From assembly GCF_009914755.1 (NCBI RefSeq), contig NC_060940.1: a stretch of DNA of 64,000 bases. One strand, given 5' to 3'. The stretch comes from the human T2T-CHM13v2.0 reference genome, Homo sapiens. How positions within the stretch are numbered: position 1 is the first letter of the stretch; each line of letters opens with the position of its first letter. Shown here piece by piece: positions 36,436 to 48,240 of the stretch. The position numbers and the translations under genes were made by a program. The notes under the pieces are model-generated. The model saw nothing but the letters and a program-made list of their open reading frames with translations, was not told the origin of the DNA and ran no database searches.

Positions 36436-37902
36436 AGTACCCGAAAAGCTCTGCTGTGCTTTCTCCCAATCAGCACTCCCCCTACACTCCCAAGGATAAC
36501 CAGTATTCTGATCTTTAGTCCCATAGATTCATTTTTTCTGTTTTTAAGATCCATATAAATGGAGTCATACGGTGCTTTTTTTTTTTTCTTTTTGTATCTG
36601 GCTTCTTCAGCTCATTGTGATGTCTGTGAAATTCATCCATGTTCTGTGTAGTCTGTAGTTTCTTTTCCATTGCTGTGTGTGGTATACCAAGGTATGAATA
36701 TACTGCCATAAAAAGCCCAAGTGGGATAATTCTGTAAATGCAATGGTTTTAAAATTATAATGGTAGGGACCCAGACTTTTGTTAGAATCCGCACACCTTC
36801 TGCCTCCCAAGTTGTGACAACCAAAAATGTCTCTAGCTATTGCTGAATGTCCCCTGTGGGGCAAAGTTGAGTAGCATTGGTTTAGAGAGAAGAGCCAGAG
36901 CCAGAGCCAAAGCCACAGGCCCTTTGGGGCCGACTTGGTGATCTGCCCCTGTTTATGCTAGTTGTAAGACAGAACTAGTATCATTCCTAAGGTTCTCTGT
37001 AGAGATAATTTCCATCACCACTAAAATGGGGCTGTTTCCCAGGAAGCATCAAGTAAGTTTAAAGACCGAATTAAAACATCTCACATTTGTAAATTCTTTA
37101 AGGTGAGCAGGCCCTTAGAGATCACCTGAGCAACCCCCTCATCCAGAGACGATCCAGCCCCAGGGTCAGAGGGCTGGCGTGGGATGGAGCCAAGCTGTAG
37201 TCCACAGCACTTTCTTCCCAGCTGGGCCTTCTGCTGGACAGCCAAGAGTTTATCAGAAAGTTACTATGTGGATAATTTATTTTTCTTTGTGATGCCAGGT
37301 TATTACTTCTCTTTGCTCATTGAAGAGGAAATAATACAAGTGATATTTTATGTATCAGGAAAGCTGATACTACCCATTCCTTATTGCAAACATTGAGTCA
37401 CTGAGGGCAGTACTGCTACTAAATCACCCAAGTCTTTTTCTTCTGTCTAGGTTAATTTATTTTAGGTCTTTGTTTTCTCCAGAACTCTACCTTCTGAATA
37501 ATGATAAGGTCTCTTTTACTTAGTCTCACAGGGCTGTAAAGAACTTTCCAACAATTTTTTTTTCCCTCTCCTCTCTCTTCCAGAGGCATCTGAAACAATG
37601 ATGTCTGTCAAGATTTAATTTTTTTGGGGTTGTTGTTGTAATTGACAGCTGACAGATAATAGTAAAAAGTGGAATGATATTGTCATCTAGCTAGTTTATG
37701 TATTCAAAAGAGAGGAGAACAGAATCAGTATTAAACTTTTGATACCTTGGGTGGAGGTTTTTCTCATCAATCTTGGATGAGAAAAGAAAGAATCATTCAC
37801 AAGAATGTTGAACACCATTCTTGTGTTTTACTCCTGTCATAGTCTGATTAATAAGGTTTGAGGGCAGAGTTTCTGCTTAAAATTAAATGCTAAATTTCTT
37901 TT

Positions 37903-40849
37903 TTTTTTTTTTTTTGCACCGCCCTTAATCCATTTAATCCTGAGTGGACAACACAGCACATGTTTCAGAGAGCACAGGGTTGGGGGTAAGGTCACAGATC
38001 AACAGGATCCCAAGGCAGAGGAATTTTTCTTAGTGCAGAACAAAATGAAAAGTCTCCCATGTCTACTTCTTTCTACACAGACACGGCAACCATCCGATTT
38101 CTCAATCTTTTCCCCACCTTTCCCGCCTTTCTATTCCACAAAGCCGCCATTGTCATCCTGGCCCGTTCTCAATGAGCTGTTGGGCACACCTCCCAGACGG
38201 GGTGGTGGCCGGGCAGAGGGGCTCCTCACTTCCCAGTAGGGGCGGCCGGGCAGAGGCGCCCCTCACCTCCCGGACGGGGCGGCTGGCCGGGCAGGGGGGC
38301 TGACCCCCCCCACCTCCCTCCCGGACGGGGCGGCTGGCCGGGCGGGGGGCTGACCCCCCAACCTCCCTCCCGGACGGGGCGGCTGGCCGGGCAGAGGGGC
38401 TCCTCACTTCCCAGTAGGGGCGGCCGGGCAGAGGCGCCCCTCACCTCCCGGACGGGGCGGCTGGCCGGGCGGGGGGGCTGACTCCCCCCACCTCCCTCCC
38501 GGACGGGGCGGCTGGCCGGGCGGGGGGCTGACACCCCCACCTCCCTCCCGGACGGGGCGGCTGGCCGGGCAGAGGGGCTCCTCACTTCCCAGTAGGGGCG
38601 GCCGGGCAGAGGCGCCCCTCACCTCCCGGACGGGGCGGCTGGCCGGGCGGGGGGGCTGACTCCCCCCACCTCCCTCCCGGACGGGGCGGCTGGCCGGGCG
38701 GGGGGCTGACACCCCCACCTCCCTCCCGGACGGGGCGGCTGGCCGGGCAGAGGGGCTCCTCACTTCCCAGTAGGGGCGGCCGGGCAGAGGCGCCCCTCAC
38801 CTCCCGGACGGGGTGGCTGGCCGGGCGGGGGGGCTGACCCCCCCCCACCTCCCTCCCGGACGGGGTGGCTGGCCGGGCGGGGGGCTGACCCCCCCACCTC
38901 CCTCCCGGATGGGGCGGCTGGCCGGGCGGGGGGCCGACATCCCCACCTCCCTCCCGGACGGGGCGGCTGGCCGGGCAGGGGGCCGACCCCCCCACCTCCC
39001 TCCCGGACGGGGCGGCTGGCCGGGCGGGGGGCCGATCCCCCCCACCTCCCTCCCGGACAGGGCGGCTGGCCGGGCAGAGGGGCTCCTCACTTCCCAGTAG
39101 GGGCGGCCGGGCAGAGGCGCCCCTCACCTCCCAGACGGGGTGGCTGGCCGGGCGGAGGGCTGACCCCCCCACCTCCCTCCCGGACGGGGCGGCTGGCCGG
39201 GCGGGGGGCCGACCCCCCCACCTCCCTCCCGGACGGGGCGGCTGGCCGGGCAGAGGGGCTCCTCACTTCCCAGTAGGGGCGGCCGGGCAGAGGCACCCCT
39301 CACCTCCCGGACGGGGCGGCTGGCCGGGTAGGGGGGCTGACCCCCCCCCACCTCCCTCCCGGACGGGGCGGCTGGCCGGGCGGGGGGCTGACCCCCCCAC
39401 CTCCCTCCCGGACGGGGCGGCTGGCCGGGCGGGGGGCCGACATCCCCACCTCCCTCCCGGACGGGGCGGCTGGCCGGGCGGAGGGCTGACCCCCCCACCT
39501 CCCTCCCGGACGGGGCGGCTGGCCGGGCGGGGGGCCGACCCCCCCACCTCCCTCCCGGACGGGGCGGCTGGCCGGGCAGAGGGGCTCCTCACTTCCCAGT
39601 AGGGGCGGCCGGGCAGAGGCGCCCCTCACCTCCCAGACGGGGCGGCTGGCCGGGCGGAGGGCTCACCCCCCCACCTCCCTCCCGGACGGGGCGGCTGGCC
39701 AGGCGGGGGGCTGACCCCCCCACCTCCCTCCCGGACGGGGCGGCTGGCCGGGCGGGGGGCCGACCCCCCCCACCTCCCTCCCGGACGGGGCGGCTGGCCG
39801 GGCAGAGGGGCTCCTCACTTCCCAGTAGGGGCGGCCGGGCAGAGGCGCCCCTCACCTCCCAGACGGGGCGGCTGGCCGGGCGGAGGGCTCACCCCCCCAC
39901 CTCCCTCCCGGACGGGGCGGCTGGCCAGGCGGGGGGCTGACCCCCCCACCTCCCTCCCGGACGGGGTGGCTGCCGGGCGGAGACGCTCCTCACTTCCCAG
40001 ATGGGGTGGCTGCCGGGCGGAGAGGCTCCTCACTTCTCAGACGGGGCAGCTGCCGGGCGGAGGGGCTCCTCACTTCTCAGACGGGGTGGTTGCCGGGCAG
40101 AGGGTCTCCTCACTTCTCAGACGGGGCGGCCGGGCAGAGACGCTCCTCACCTCCCAGATGGGGTCTCGGCCGGGCAGAGGCGCTCCTCACATCCCAGATG
40201 GGGCGGCGGGGCAGAGGCGCTCCCCACATCTCAGAGGATGGGCGGCCAGGCAGAGACGCTCCTCACTTCCTAGATGTGATGGCGGCTGGGAAGAGGCGCT
40301 CCTCACTTCCTAGATGGGATGGCGGCCGGGCGGAGACGCTCCTCACTTTCCAGACTGGGCAGCCAGGCAGAGGGGCTCCTCACATCCCAGACGATGGGCG
40401 GCCAGGCAGAGACACTCCTCACTTCCCAGACGGGGTGGCAGCCGGGCAGAGGCTGCAATCTTGGCACTTTGGGAGGCCAAGGCAGGCGGCTGGGAGGTGT
40501 AGGTTGTAGTGAGCCGAGATCACGCCACTGCACTCCAGCCTGGGCACCATTGAGCACTGAGTGAACGAGACTCCGTCTGCAGTCCCGGCACCTCGGGAGG
40601 CCGAGGTTGGCGGATCACTCGCGGTTAGGGGCTGGAGACCGGCCCGGCCAACACAGCGAAACCCCGTCTCCACCAAAACCAGTCAGGTGTGGCGGCGCGA
40701 GCCTGCAATCGCAGGCACTGGGCAGGCTGAGGCAGGAGAATCAGGCAGGGAGGTTGCAGTGAGCCGAGATGGCAGCAGTACAGTCCAGCTTCGGCTCCGC
40801 ATGAGAGGGAGACCGTGGGGAGAGGGAGAGGGAGAGGGAGAGGGAGAGC
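37903..40849 (-). mobile_element. SVA retrotransposon (SVA_F-like), antisense in NUP93 intron 1, 3'-shortened SINE-R
   Basis: Minus strand: (CCCTCT)~5 at 40818-40848, Alu-like region ~40440-40815, GC-rich VNTR ~38190-40440, SINE-R 37916-38190, poly-A; TSD GCTAAATTTCTTTT at 37889-37902 and 40850-40863. Confidence 0.97.
38190..40440. repeat. SVA VNTR with higher-order 178-bp units
   Basis: Marker gctcctcacttcccagtagggg recurs at ~38221, 38399, 38577, 38755, 39082, 39258, 39584, 39810. Confidence 0.95.
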
Positions 40850-42139
40850 GCTAAATTTCTTTTGAATCACACCTTCATTATGGAAATCTGGATTTATAAT
40901 AAAAAGCATATTTGGTAGTGGGCAATACAACATACATTTAAACATTTTAATTGTCTTCCAGAAGTTCTTACTTAATGATATAAAGTTGTGATTAAATAAG
41001 TTATAATTTGGGATTAAATATTTACTAAAAGATTTTTTGAAGCAGAGATGTTTATAATTAAATGATAAAATGTTGCCAAATTGGCAACTTGGGAAAAAAG
41101 CTAAAATAGCATTTTACAATGATATAAATCAGCAGAGTTTATAAGATAATTTTATGTATCAACAACTCCTTGAAGTAGGTAGGAATTACCATTTTTGATT
41201 GATGAGGAAATTGAGACAGAGAAATTGGGGTTTTATCTCAGAGGTAAATCAGTTTATCTGCTAGTAAATGAACAGTCTGGATTGGAACCAGGTGTTTGGG
41301 TTCACAGTGTAATCTTCTCACCCATTCCGTCTAAAATATGTTTTTATTTTCCATTTCTTTTACTGTTATTAAAAACAGTACTGTTTACTGTTATTTTACT
41401 GTTATTATTTAAAATATTGAAAATAATCAAAAATAATTATTTAAAATAATCAAAAAAGGAAGATCATTGTCAGTTGTACATTTGGAAGAAAGGATATAAA
41501 TAGCAACATCTGTTACTTTCTCTGATGTATATAAAATCTCCCCCTTTGACAACATCAAAAAAAATAGCAGTGCTAACAACTGTCTTTTTTAGGTTGCATG
41601 ATCTTTGAAGTTGAAAGAGACAATATTTGGGTATGTTACTACATACATTTTACTAAATTAGAATTCCTCAGTCAGTATTGTTTGATTATATTGAAATTCT
41701 GCAGGAAAATAGCTGGTGTCATCTCCCCATGCAAGTCAGTGAATGGAGAGAGATTTCTTTAACATGGAAGAAAAGACAGATGGCTTTGTCTTTATTCTTT
41801 CATCTTTTTCTCAGCCCTTTGTATTTCTTGCATAACTGGGCTGTTTGGATTGTGGGTGATAAGGAAAAGGGAAAATTCACATGGGTTTAATATGTTGCAT
41901 TATACTTACAAAGAGCAGTGGATTCCCTTTAGCATCCTGTGCATTAGGTCAATGGGACAGGCATCATCATTTACAAAACAGATTTCTTCCCCAAATATGC
42001 TCTCCAAATGAACAGTTTAAAGAGGAAACGAGATGGCAACACACCTATTGTGTCACTCATTTTATCTTTTTAACAGTGTTTTCACACTGGGGCCTAGTTA
42101 GGGTAGCTTACTTATCAAGTCTAGCTTAAATACCTTAGG

Positions 42140-42452
42140 CCCAAGAGTTGGCAAACTATGGCCTATGTGCCAAATAAACTAAGAAGGGTTTTTACGTCTT
42201 TGGATCCTTGGGGGAAAAATAATCCAGAGAAAAATATTTTATAACCATGTGAAAATTATATGAAACTCAAATTTTAGTGTTCATGATTAATGTTTTATTA
42301 AAGTACAGCCACGCCTGTTGGTTTACATATTATCTATGCCTGCTTTCAAGCTACAACAGCACAGTTGAGTAGTTGCTACAGAGCCTGGCCTACAAAGCCC
42401 GAACTATTCACTACCTGTCCTTTTACAGAAGAAGTTTGCTCACTCTTGCCCT
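42140..42452. mobile_element. MER58-type hAT transposon
   Basis: gttggcaaactatggcc...tttacagaagaagtttgct inverted termini. Confidence 0.8.
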
Positions 42453-44774
42453 AGGATACTAGAAACTGGGCAAGTGTTTGGCAGATATGTCTAGGATGGA
42501 TGGCTCTGAGGCTCTTTTGTAGCTTCCTTTGTTTCATTTTCCTTTTCCCTTTGTAGCTTTGGTGCTTTAATTTTCTGGAGTATATCCTGGGAGTAACATA
42601 GGCTTAAGTCTAGAGAACTAGTGAGTAACAGCTATTTCTGGGATGACTCAGTGATTCCCCAGCTTGAGAGTCCATAAGCCCTGAGTAAAGGAAGAGAGGT
42701 ATTCTACTCATGGCTGATGCTTTAAAAATAAAAGAAACCAATGAACTAATAATATCAGAAAACAGATATGTGGGATTTTAATATAATAAGCATGAATACT
42801 ATAACAGATTAAGATTCAGACCATCTACAAAATCCTGAAGGGGGCCACTCTTTGAGAATACTGATTTACAATGGTTTAGAAGTGCTTGGCTGTTTGAATA
42901 TTTAGGTATCTACTCTTTCTAGCTCGATTAAATATTTAACATAGTTATTATATTCAGAATGTGGAAATGATTTTATTTTTCATAAGACTCACATGTTAAT
43001 AGTAAATGAACTGAAATTATTTTGTGCATTTTTGCTCTGCCTTTATATTTAGTTCATTTCACCTTATATGCAGTTTGGGAATTTTCTTTCCACCTCATTT
43101 ATGAATGTTGATATGCCCTAAAGGGACATGTGTTTTAGACACTAAATGACAGGTGAACGCAGACCAGCATGAGGAAGTAGAAGTTTGGCCAGCCCTTGGT
43201 TTAGCTCTAGGTAGGAGCCCTCTCTTTCAAACTGTGGGTTTTACTTTTTTCATTTAGTTAATTTGCTCAGCATCCTCTAGGTGTGGTGAAGAGATCTGCA
43301 TTATGGGAGCTTCCCACTGAGAACATTCCTTATTTTTAGCATAGTGGGGTATCCTACTGCAGCTTCTGAAAAAAGGTGGGTCATTGTCCTTTGTTTGATT
43401 GGCAGCAGCAGTGGGGCGGGGAGCTTTTTATTGAAGTATGATGCACAAATCATGGGTCTAGATTGACTAATTTTCTGAAAAGTGAGCATACTATCAACCA
43501 ACGGTTAGATCAAAAAACTGAAAATTGCCAGCCCCCTTGAAGCCTTCCTCATCCTTCCACTTCTGTCCTTCCTCCCACAAGTGTAACCAATCCTGCCTTC
43601 TAACAGCAGTGATAAGTTTGCCATTCATTTTAAGGTTCTCAGTTGCCCAGGTTGTTGAGGAGTTTCTGTGGAGGCTCAGTAGCACTTCTGCCAAGTCCTA
43701 CTTATAGGGAGAGTAATTTGTTGCCCAAGGCCCTGATACTTTGCGATGCTCTCTGAAGTGCCTGCCAGTGTTGCCTTGCCAAAAGATTCCCAATCACGCT
43801 CAAGGGCTTAGTCACTGCTGTCATAGAGGAGCCCTAGTGCTGTTCTGCTGTCCCTGCTGGCCTTTTCCTGTCCAGCCCCAATTGTGCTGCATTGACTGCT
43901 CCGGGTCCTGCTTCCGTGGTTTCTTAGTGTTGCTTCTTCCTGTGCCTCTCCTCCATAGTTCCCCAAGGATGCAGCTGGTGTCCAGGCTACATGGCCAGAT
44001 TTTCCCAACACATGGCTTGGACTTCAATTTTTTTCCCCCATAGATCATTTTAATTGTTTCTGCTGGACAAAGCTTACCGAGGTTATTTTCATGATTAGTT
44101 TTTAGTCTCTTGGGTCAAAGTTGATTTAGTGGTTTAATCTCTCTATTTTGTGGCTAAATTGATATTTTGTGGTGAGGATAAAAATTGTCCTAAATTTATG
44201 AAATTAGCCATAAATTGAAGCATTTTAGCGCAGTGGGATGATTAATATATCAAAGTATAGATTTAATTGCACAATGATGGTAACAAAAAATGTATAAATT
44301 TGGAAACTTTAATAAAACTTTTTTGTATAATTAATTTCTACTGATTGAGTAATAATGCAGGACAGATCCAGTTTTTCCCAAATATAGTATTTCATACATA
44401 TCTCTCTTCTTCTGTGCAGATGTGGAACAAGCTTATTTTCTTTTTACTTCTACCCTGAAGTTATGTAGCAAAATTCTTTCTATATATATCTGTTTCTTTT
44501 GGTTTGTAATTCCGTTCACCTGGTTTTTGGTCTTGGTATTTAGAGGGAAAGCACTAGTCTGGACCAAGTGTGATATGAATTCATGCCATTTAGACTGTCA
44601 CTGCCTTATGCTGTGCTGCCTCAGAAATGTTAAGTATCAGTTGGTAGTCTGATACCAACTGGAAGGGAATGTTTCTGTTCAGATCTCTGCTTGCTAGTGG
44701 GTGCCCATTTGGCAAAGGAGTGCAGGAAGCCTTTGAGAAGGACAGACTCTCACCAACGGAAGAAAAAACACCTC

Positions 44775-45600
44775 CTATTCATTCAAAAAATGAGTACCTG
44801 CTATGTGCCAGGCACTGTTGTAGAAGCTTGGGTACGTCAGTGAACAAAACACTGTGCTTGTGCAGCTTATATTCTCGCAGAGGTGACAGACAGTAAAGGA
44901 GATGGGGGATTGCTGGGGGTGGCTTGTATTTTTAAATAGCTTTCTAGGTTGGCCTCAAAGGCAGAGTGACAGGTGAGCCGAAACAGATAGGGAGTCAGCC
45001 TTGAGTGTTTCTGGGGGAGGAGCATTCCAGTAGAGGAAACACGGAGTGCAAAGGCTGTAAGGCAGGAATGTGCCTGATCTGTTGGGGACCAGCAAAGAGG
45101 CCCCAGAGTGGCTGGCACCCATGAAAGGAGTGGAGATAGGGCTGGAGATGAGTCTGAGTGATGAGGGGGGGTGGGGCCCCTTTTGTACGGTTTCATTCTG
45201 TACAAGAGATTTAAGCAGGAGGGATGTGATCTGACTGACTGTAAAAGGATCACTGGTTGCTGGGTTGCTATAGACTGAATAGACTGTGGGAGGCAAGGGC
45301 TGAAGCTGGGAGGTTAGGGAGGGAGACTGCTGAGAGAGTCTAGGGAGGCAGCTTGGATGTGGGGAGGTGTCTAGGTAGAGATGGCAAGGACAGGCAGATT
45401 CTGGATATATTTTGAAGGTAGATTTGAAAGGCTTTGTTGGTTGATTGGATGTAGGATGTGAGTTATGGGGCCATCATGGGTTTTGGTCCAAGCAACTGAA
45501 TAATGAAGTCTTCACACAGTGAGAAGGCCAAGGGGCAGGTTTTGTGGATGAAAAGTTAGAGCCCAGTTTTGGGATATTACGTTTAGGATGTTGTTCAGAG
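44775..45600 (-). mobile_element. L2 3' fragment
   Basis: attcattcaa...tgagtacctgctatgtgccaggcactg. Confidence 0.8.
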
Positions 45601-46517
45601 ATTCAACCTTTATTTTACCATTGTCAAAAACAATTCTATATAATTAACTTAAAAAAATCTTTATTAGACCATGTTAAAGTAAATGACTGATTCTGTATTA
45701 ATTACTTAAATTCATTGCTCAAAATCTTGGGGGTGGGCTGGTCATTTGAGAAGGTGAGCATTTCCTTTGTCTGACGTAGGAATGAAATATTAGTTGTATT
45801 TCTTTCTTCCTTTATCTTTTTTTGTCTTCTTTTTTAATCATAGAAAAGTTTTGCTTCATTCAGTTCTTTATTTAGGGATTTCCAAAGTTTTCCTCATGAA
45901 AGAAAAAAGTATTTTCTTTTCCTTGACTCTGTTAGAAAAATTATTTTTATCTTAGAGTAAAAATAATGGGCGGAGGGGTGGGGTGGGGTTCTGGAGAAGG
46001 GAATGCTTTGTTTTTCTTTTCCCTTTCTGGTGAATGACCATGGTTTCGTGTAATTAGTAGAATGTCATTGGCCTTGAACATTCCTGAGAAAACACATTTC
46101 TCTATCAGGCCGGAGTAGTTGTTTAAAAATGCCCCTCTTCTCAAAATTCTTGTGTTTCCTTCTCTCTCCCTGAGGATACCTTCCTAATTCTCTCATCTCC
46201 ATTTTCTCACAATAAAGATTGCGAATTACAGCCTGATTATATGGGTCAAAAAAATTACAATATTTGTTTAGAAACTTGAGGTTAAGAGTTATTGTGTACG
46301 TGAATTTTTGTTGAAGATTAAAGTCAGCTTGGAACTTCATAAAGAATACCAAAGTGTCTTTATGTTTACTCCAGCTGAGCTATTTTTAACCTTTTGCCTT
46401 TGCCTTTAAAGTTAATGTCCTTTAATGCTCATTTTTAAAAGTTCTTAATGGATTTATGGCAGTAACAGTGTCCTTTTGACAATTAACCTGTGCTTCATAG
46501 CTGACATATAATTATTT

Positions 46518-46739
46518 GCCAACATGGCAAAACCCATCTCTACTAAAAATACAAAAAAGCTGGTAGTGTCACCCCGGCTGGGTGTGGTGGTGCATGCCTG
46601 TAATCCCAGCTACTTGGGAGACTGAGGCATGAGAATTGCTTGAATCTGAGGCGGAAGTTGCCGTTGAGTCAAGATCACACCACTGCACAACAGCCTGGCT
46701 GACAGAGCGAGACTCTGTCTCCCAAAAGAAGGAAAAAAA
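46518..46739 (+). mobile_element. 5'-truncated Alu with short linker insertion
   Basis: Starts gccaacatggcaaaacccc; A-rich tail. Confidence 0.88.
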
Positions 46740-46810
46740 GTATAACAAGAGCTATTGTACAAGTAATTTTTTTAATGAAAGATTTTCTTCTTAACCTTTT
46801 AGCAATGTAA

Positions 46811-47108
46811 TTTTTTTTTTTTTTTTCCAAGACAGAGTCTCACTCTATTGCCCAGGCTGGAATGCAGTGGTGTGATCTTGGCTCACTGCACTCTTCCGCC
46901 CCCCAGGTTCAAGTGATTCTCCTGCCTCAGCTTCCCGAGTAGCTGGGATTATAGGTGTGTGCCACCATGCCCAGCTAATTTTTGTATTTGTAGTAGAGAT
47001 GGAGGTTTCACCACGTTGGCCAGGCTGGTCTTGAACTCCTGACCTCAGGCGATCTGCCCGCCTCGGCCTCCCAGAGTGCTGGGATTACAGGCGTGAGCCA
47101 TTGTGCCC
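46811..47108 (-). mobile_element. AluS
   Basis: Poly-T then reverse Alu. Confidence 0.94.
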
Positions 47109-48015
47109 AATTTTCTTACCATGGTGCTACTTTTTATTTTCTGTTGATTTAATTAGTGGTAGGAGTTAAAAACATTCTCTTGGTCAAGAACCTTATGTAA
47201 GAATAGTGCAGTATATATTCTGTACTACTGGCATTTCTAAAAGTAGCAGGTACAGTAACAAATCTAATGTCCCGAATGTCATATATAACAAGCAGGCACA
47301 GATCTGTGCTCTCATTAACCTTGTAAGATAAAGAATGTGTGAATGGAGACCTGGACATGAGTATTAAAAAAAAAAAAAGAAGAATTTCTTCTATGTTAGT
47401 GAAGGAGCAGGTGTGTTAGAATAACAGTAGGGGAGAGAGGGAGAGTTAGTGGTGGTTAGTCCGAAGAATGCCTTTGTTTTCCTGGTCTTGGTTCAGCCAA
47501 ATCACAGTAGAGAGTATTCTTGGCATGTAACTCAGCCTCTGTGGATTGGAATTTGTTCTTCTTTCTTTGTTCCTCACAGAGTGGTTATGAGGGTCATTTG
47601 ACATAAGGTCTTATAAATTGCCTGGTGCTTTTAGGGTGGTAGTGTTTTTCTAAGATGGGTGGAGAATAAGAGGTGCAGGTTGACTGTTCTTTAAGCCTCC
47701 TAGAGTGCCACAGTGGTTTCCATTTCCTTATCTGCTTTGAGTCTGTGGAAGGAGACAGGAATTCTGGTCTGTGACTTGATATCTGTGCATTTGTTCTGAT
47801 GGCAGAAATCAATCTTGGGGCTGTCAATATGCACAGAAATGATCTGTTTTTTCACAGCCTGACTCATTTTCTCTGTCAGGCCTGTTCTTGGGCTATGTTC
47901 AGGAACAAATCCTGCTTGTTGATGAGCTGTGTCCTCGTCTGTTTACAAAAAGTTCTGCTGTTTTGTTAAGCTTGTAACAGATTCAGGCAGTGTTTGAAAC
48001 CTGTCTTTCCCTTGA

Positions 48016-48240
<225 letters not shown>

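Noticed and set aside
38190-40440. CRISPR-like appearance of recurring motifs
   Set aside because: Intervening sequences are themselves repeats; this is the SVA VNTR in a human locus with no cas genes.
38033-40945. Many overlapping repetitive ORFs (RPAAPSGREVGG...)
   Set aside because: Translations of the SVA VNTR and Alu-like region, not genes.
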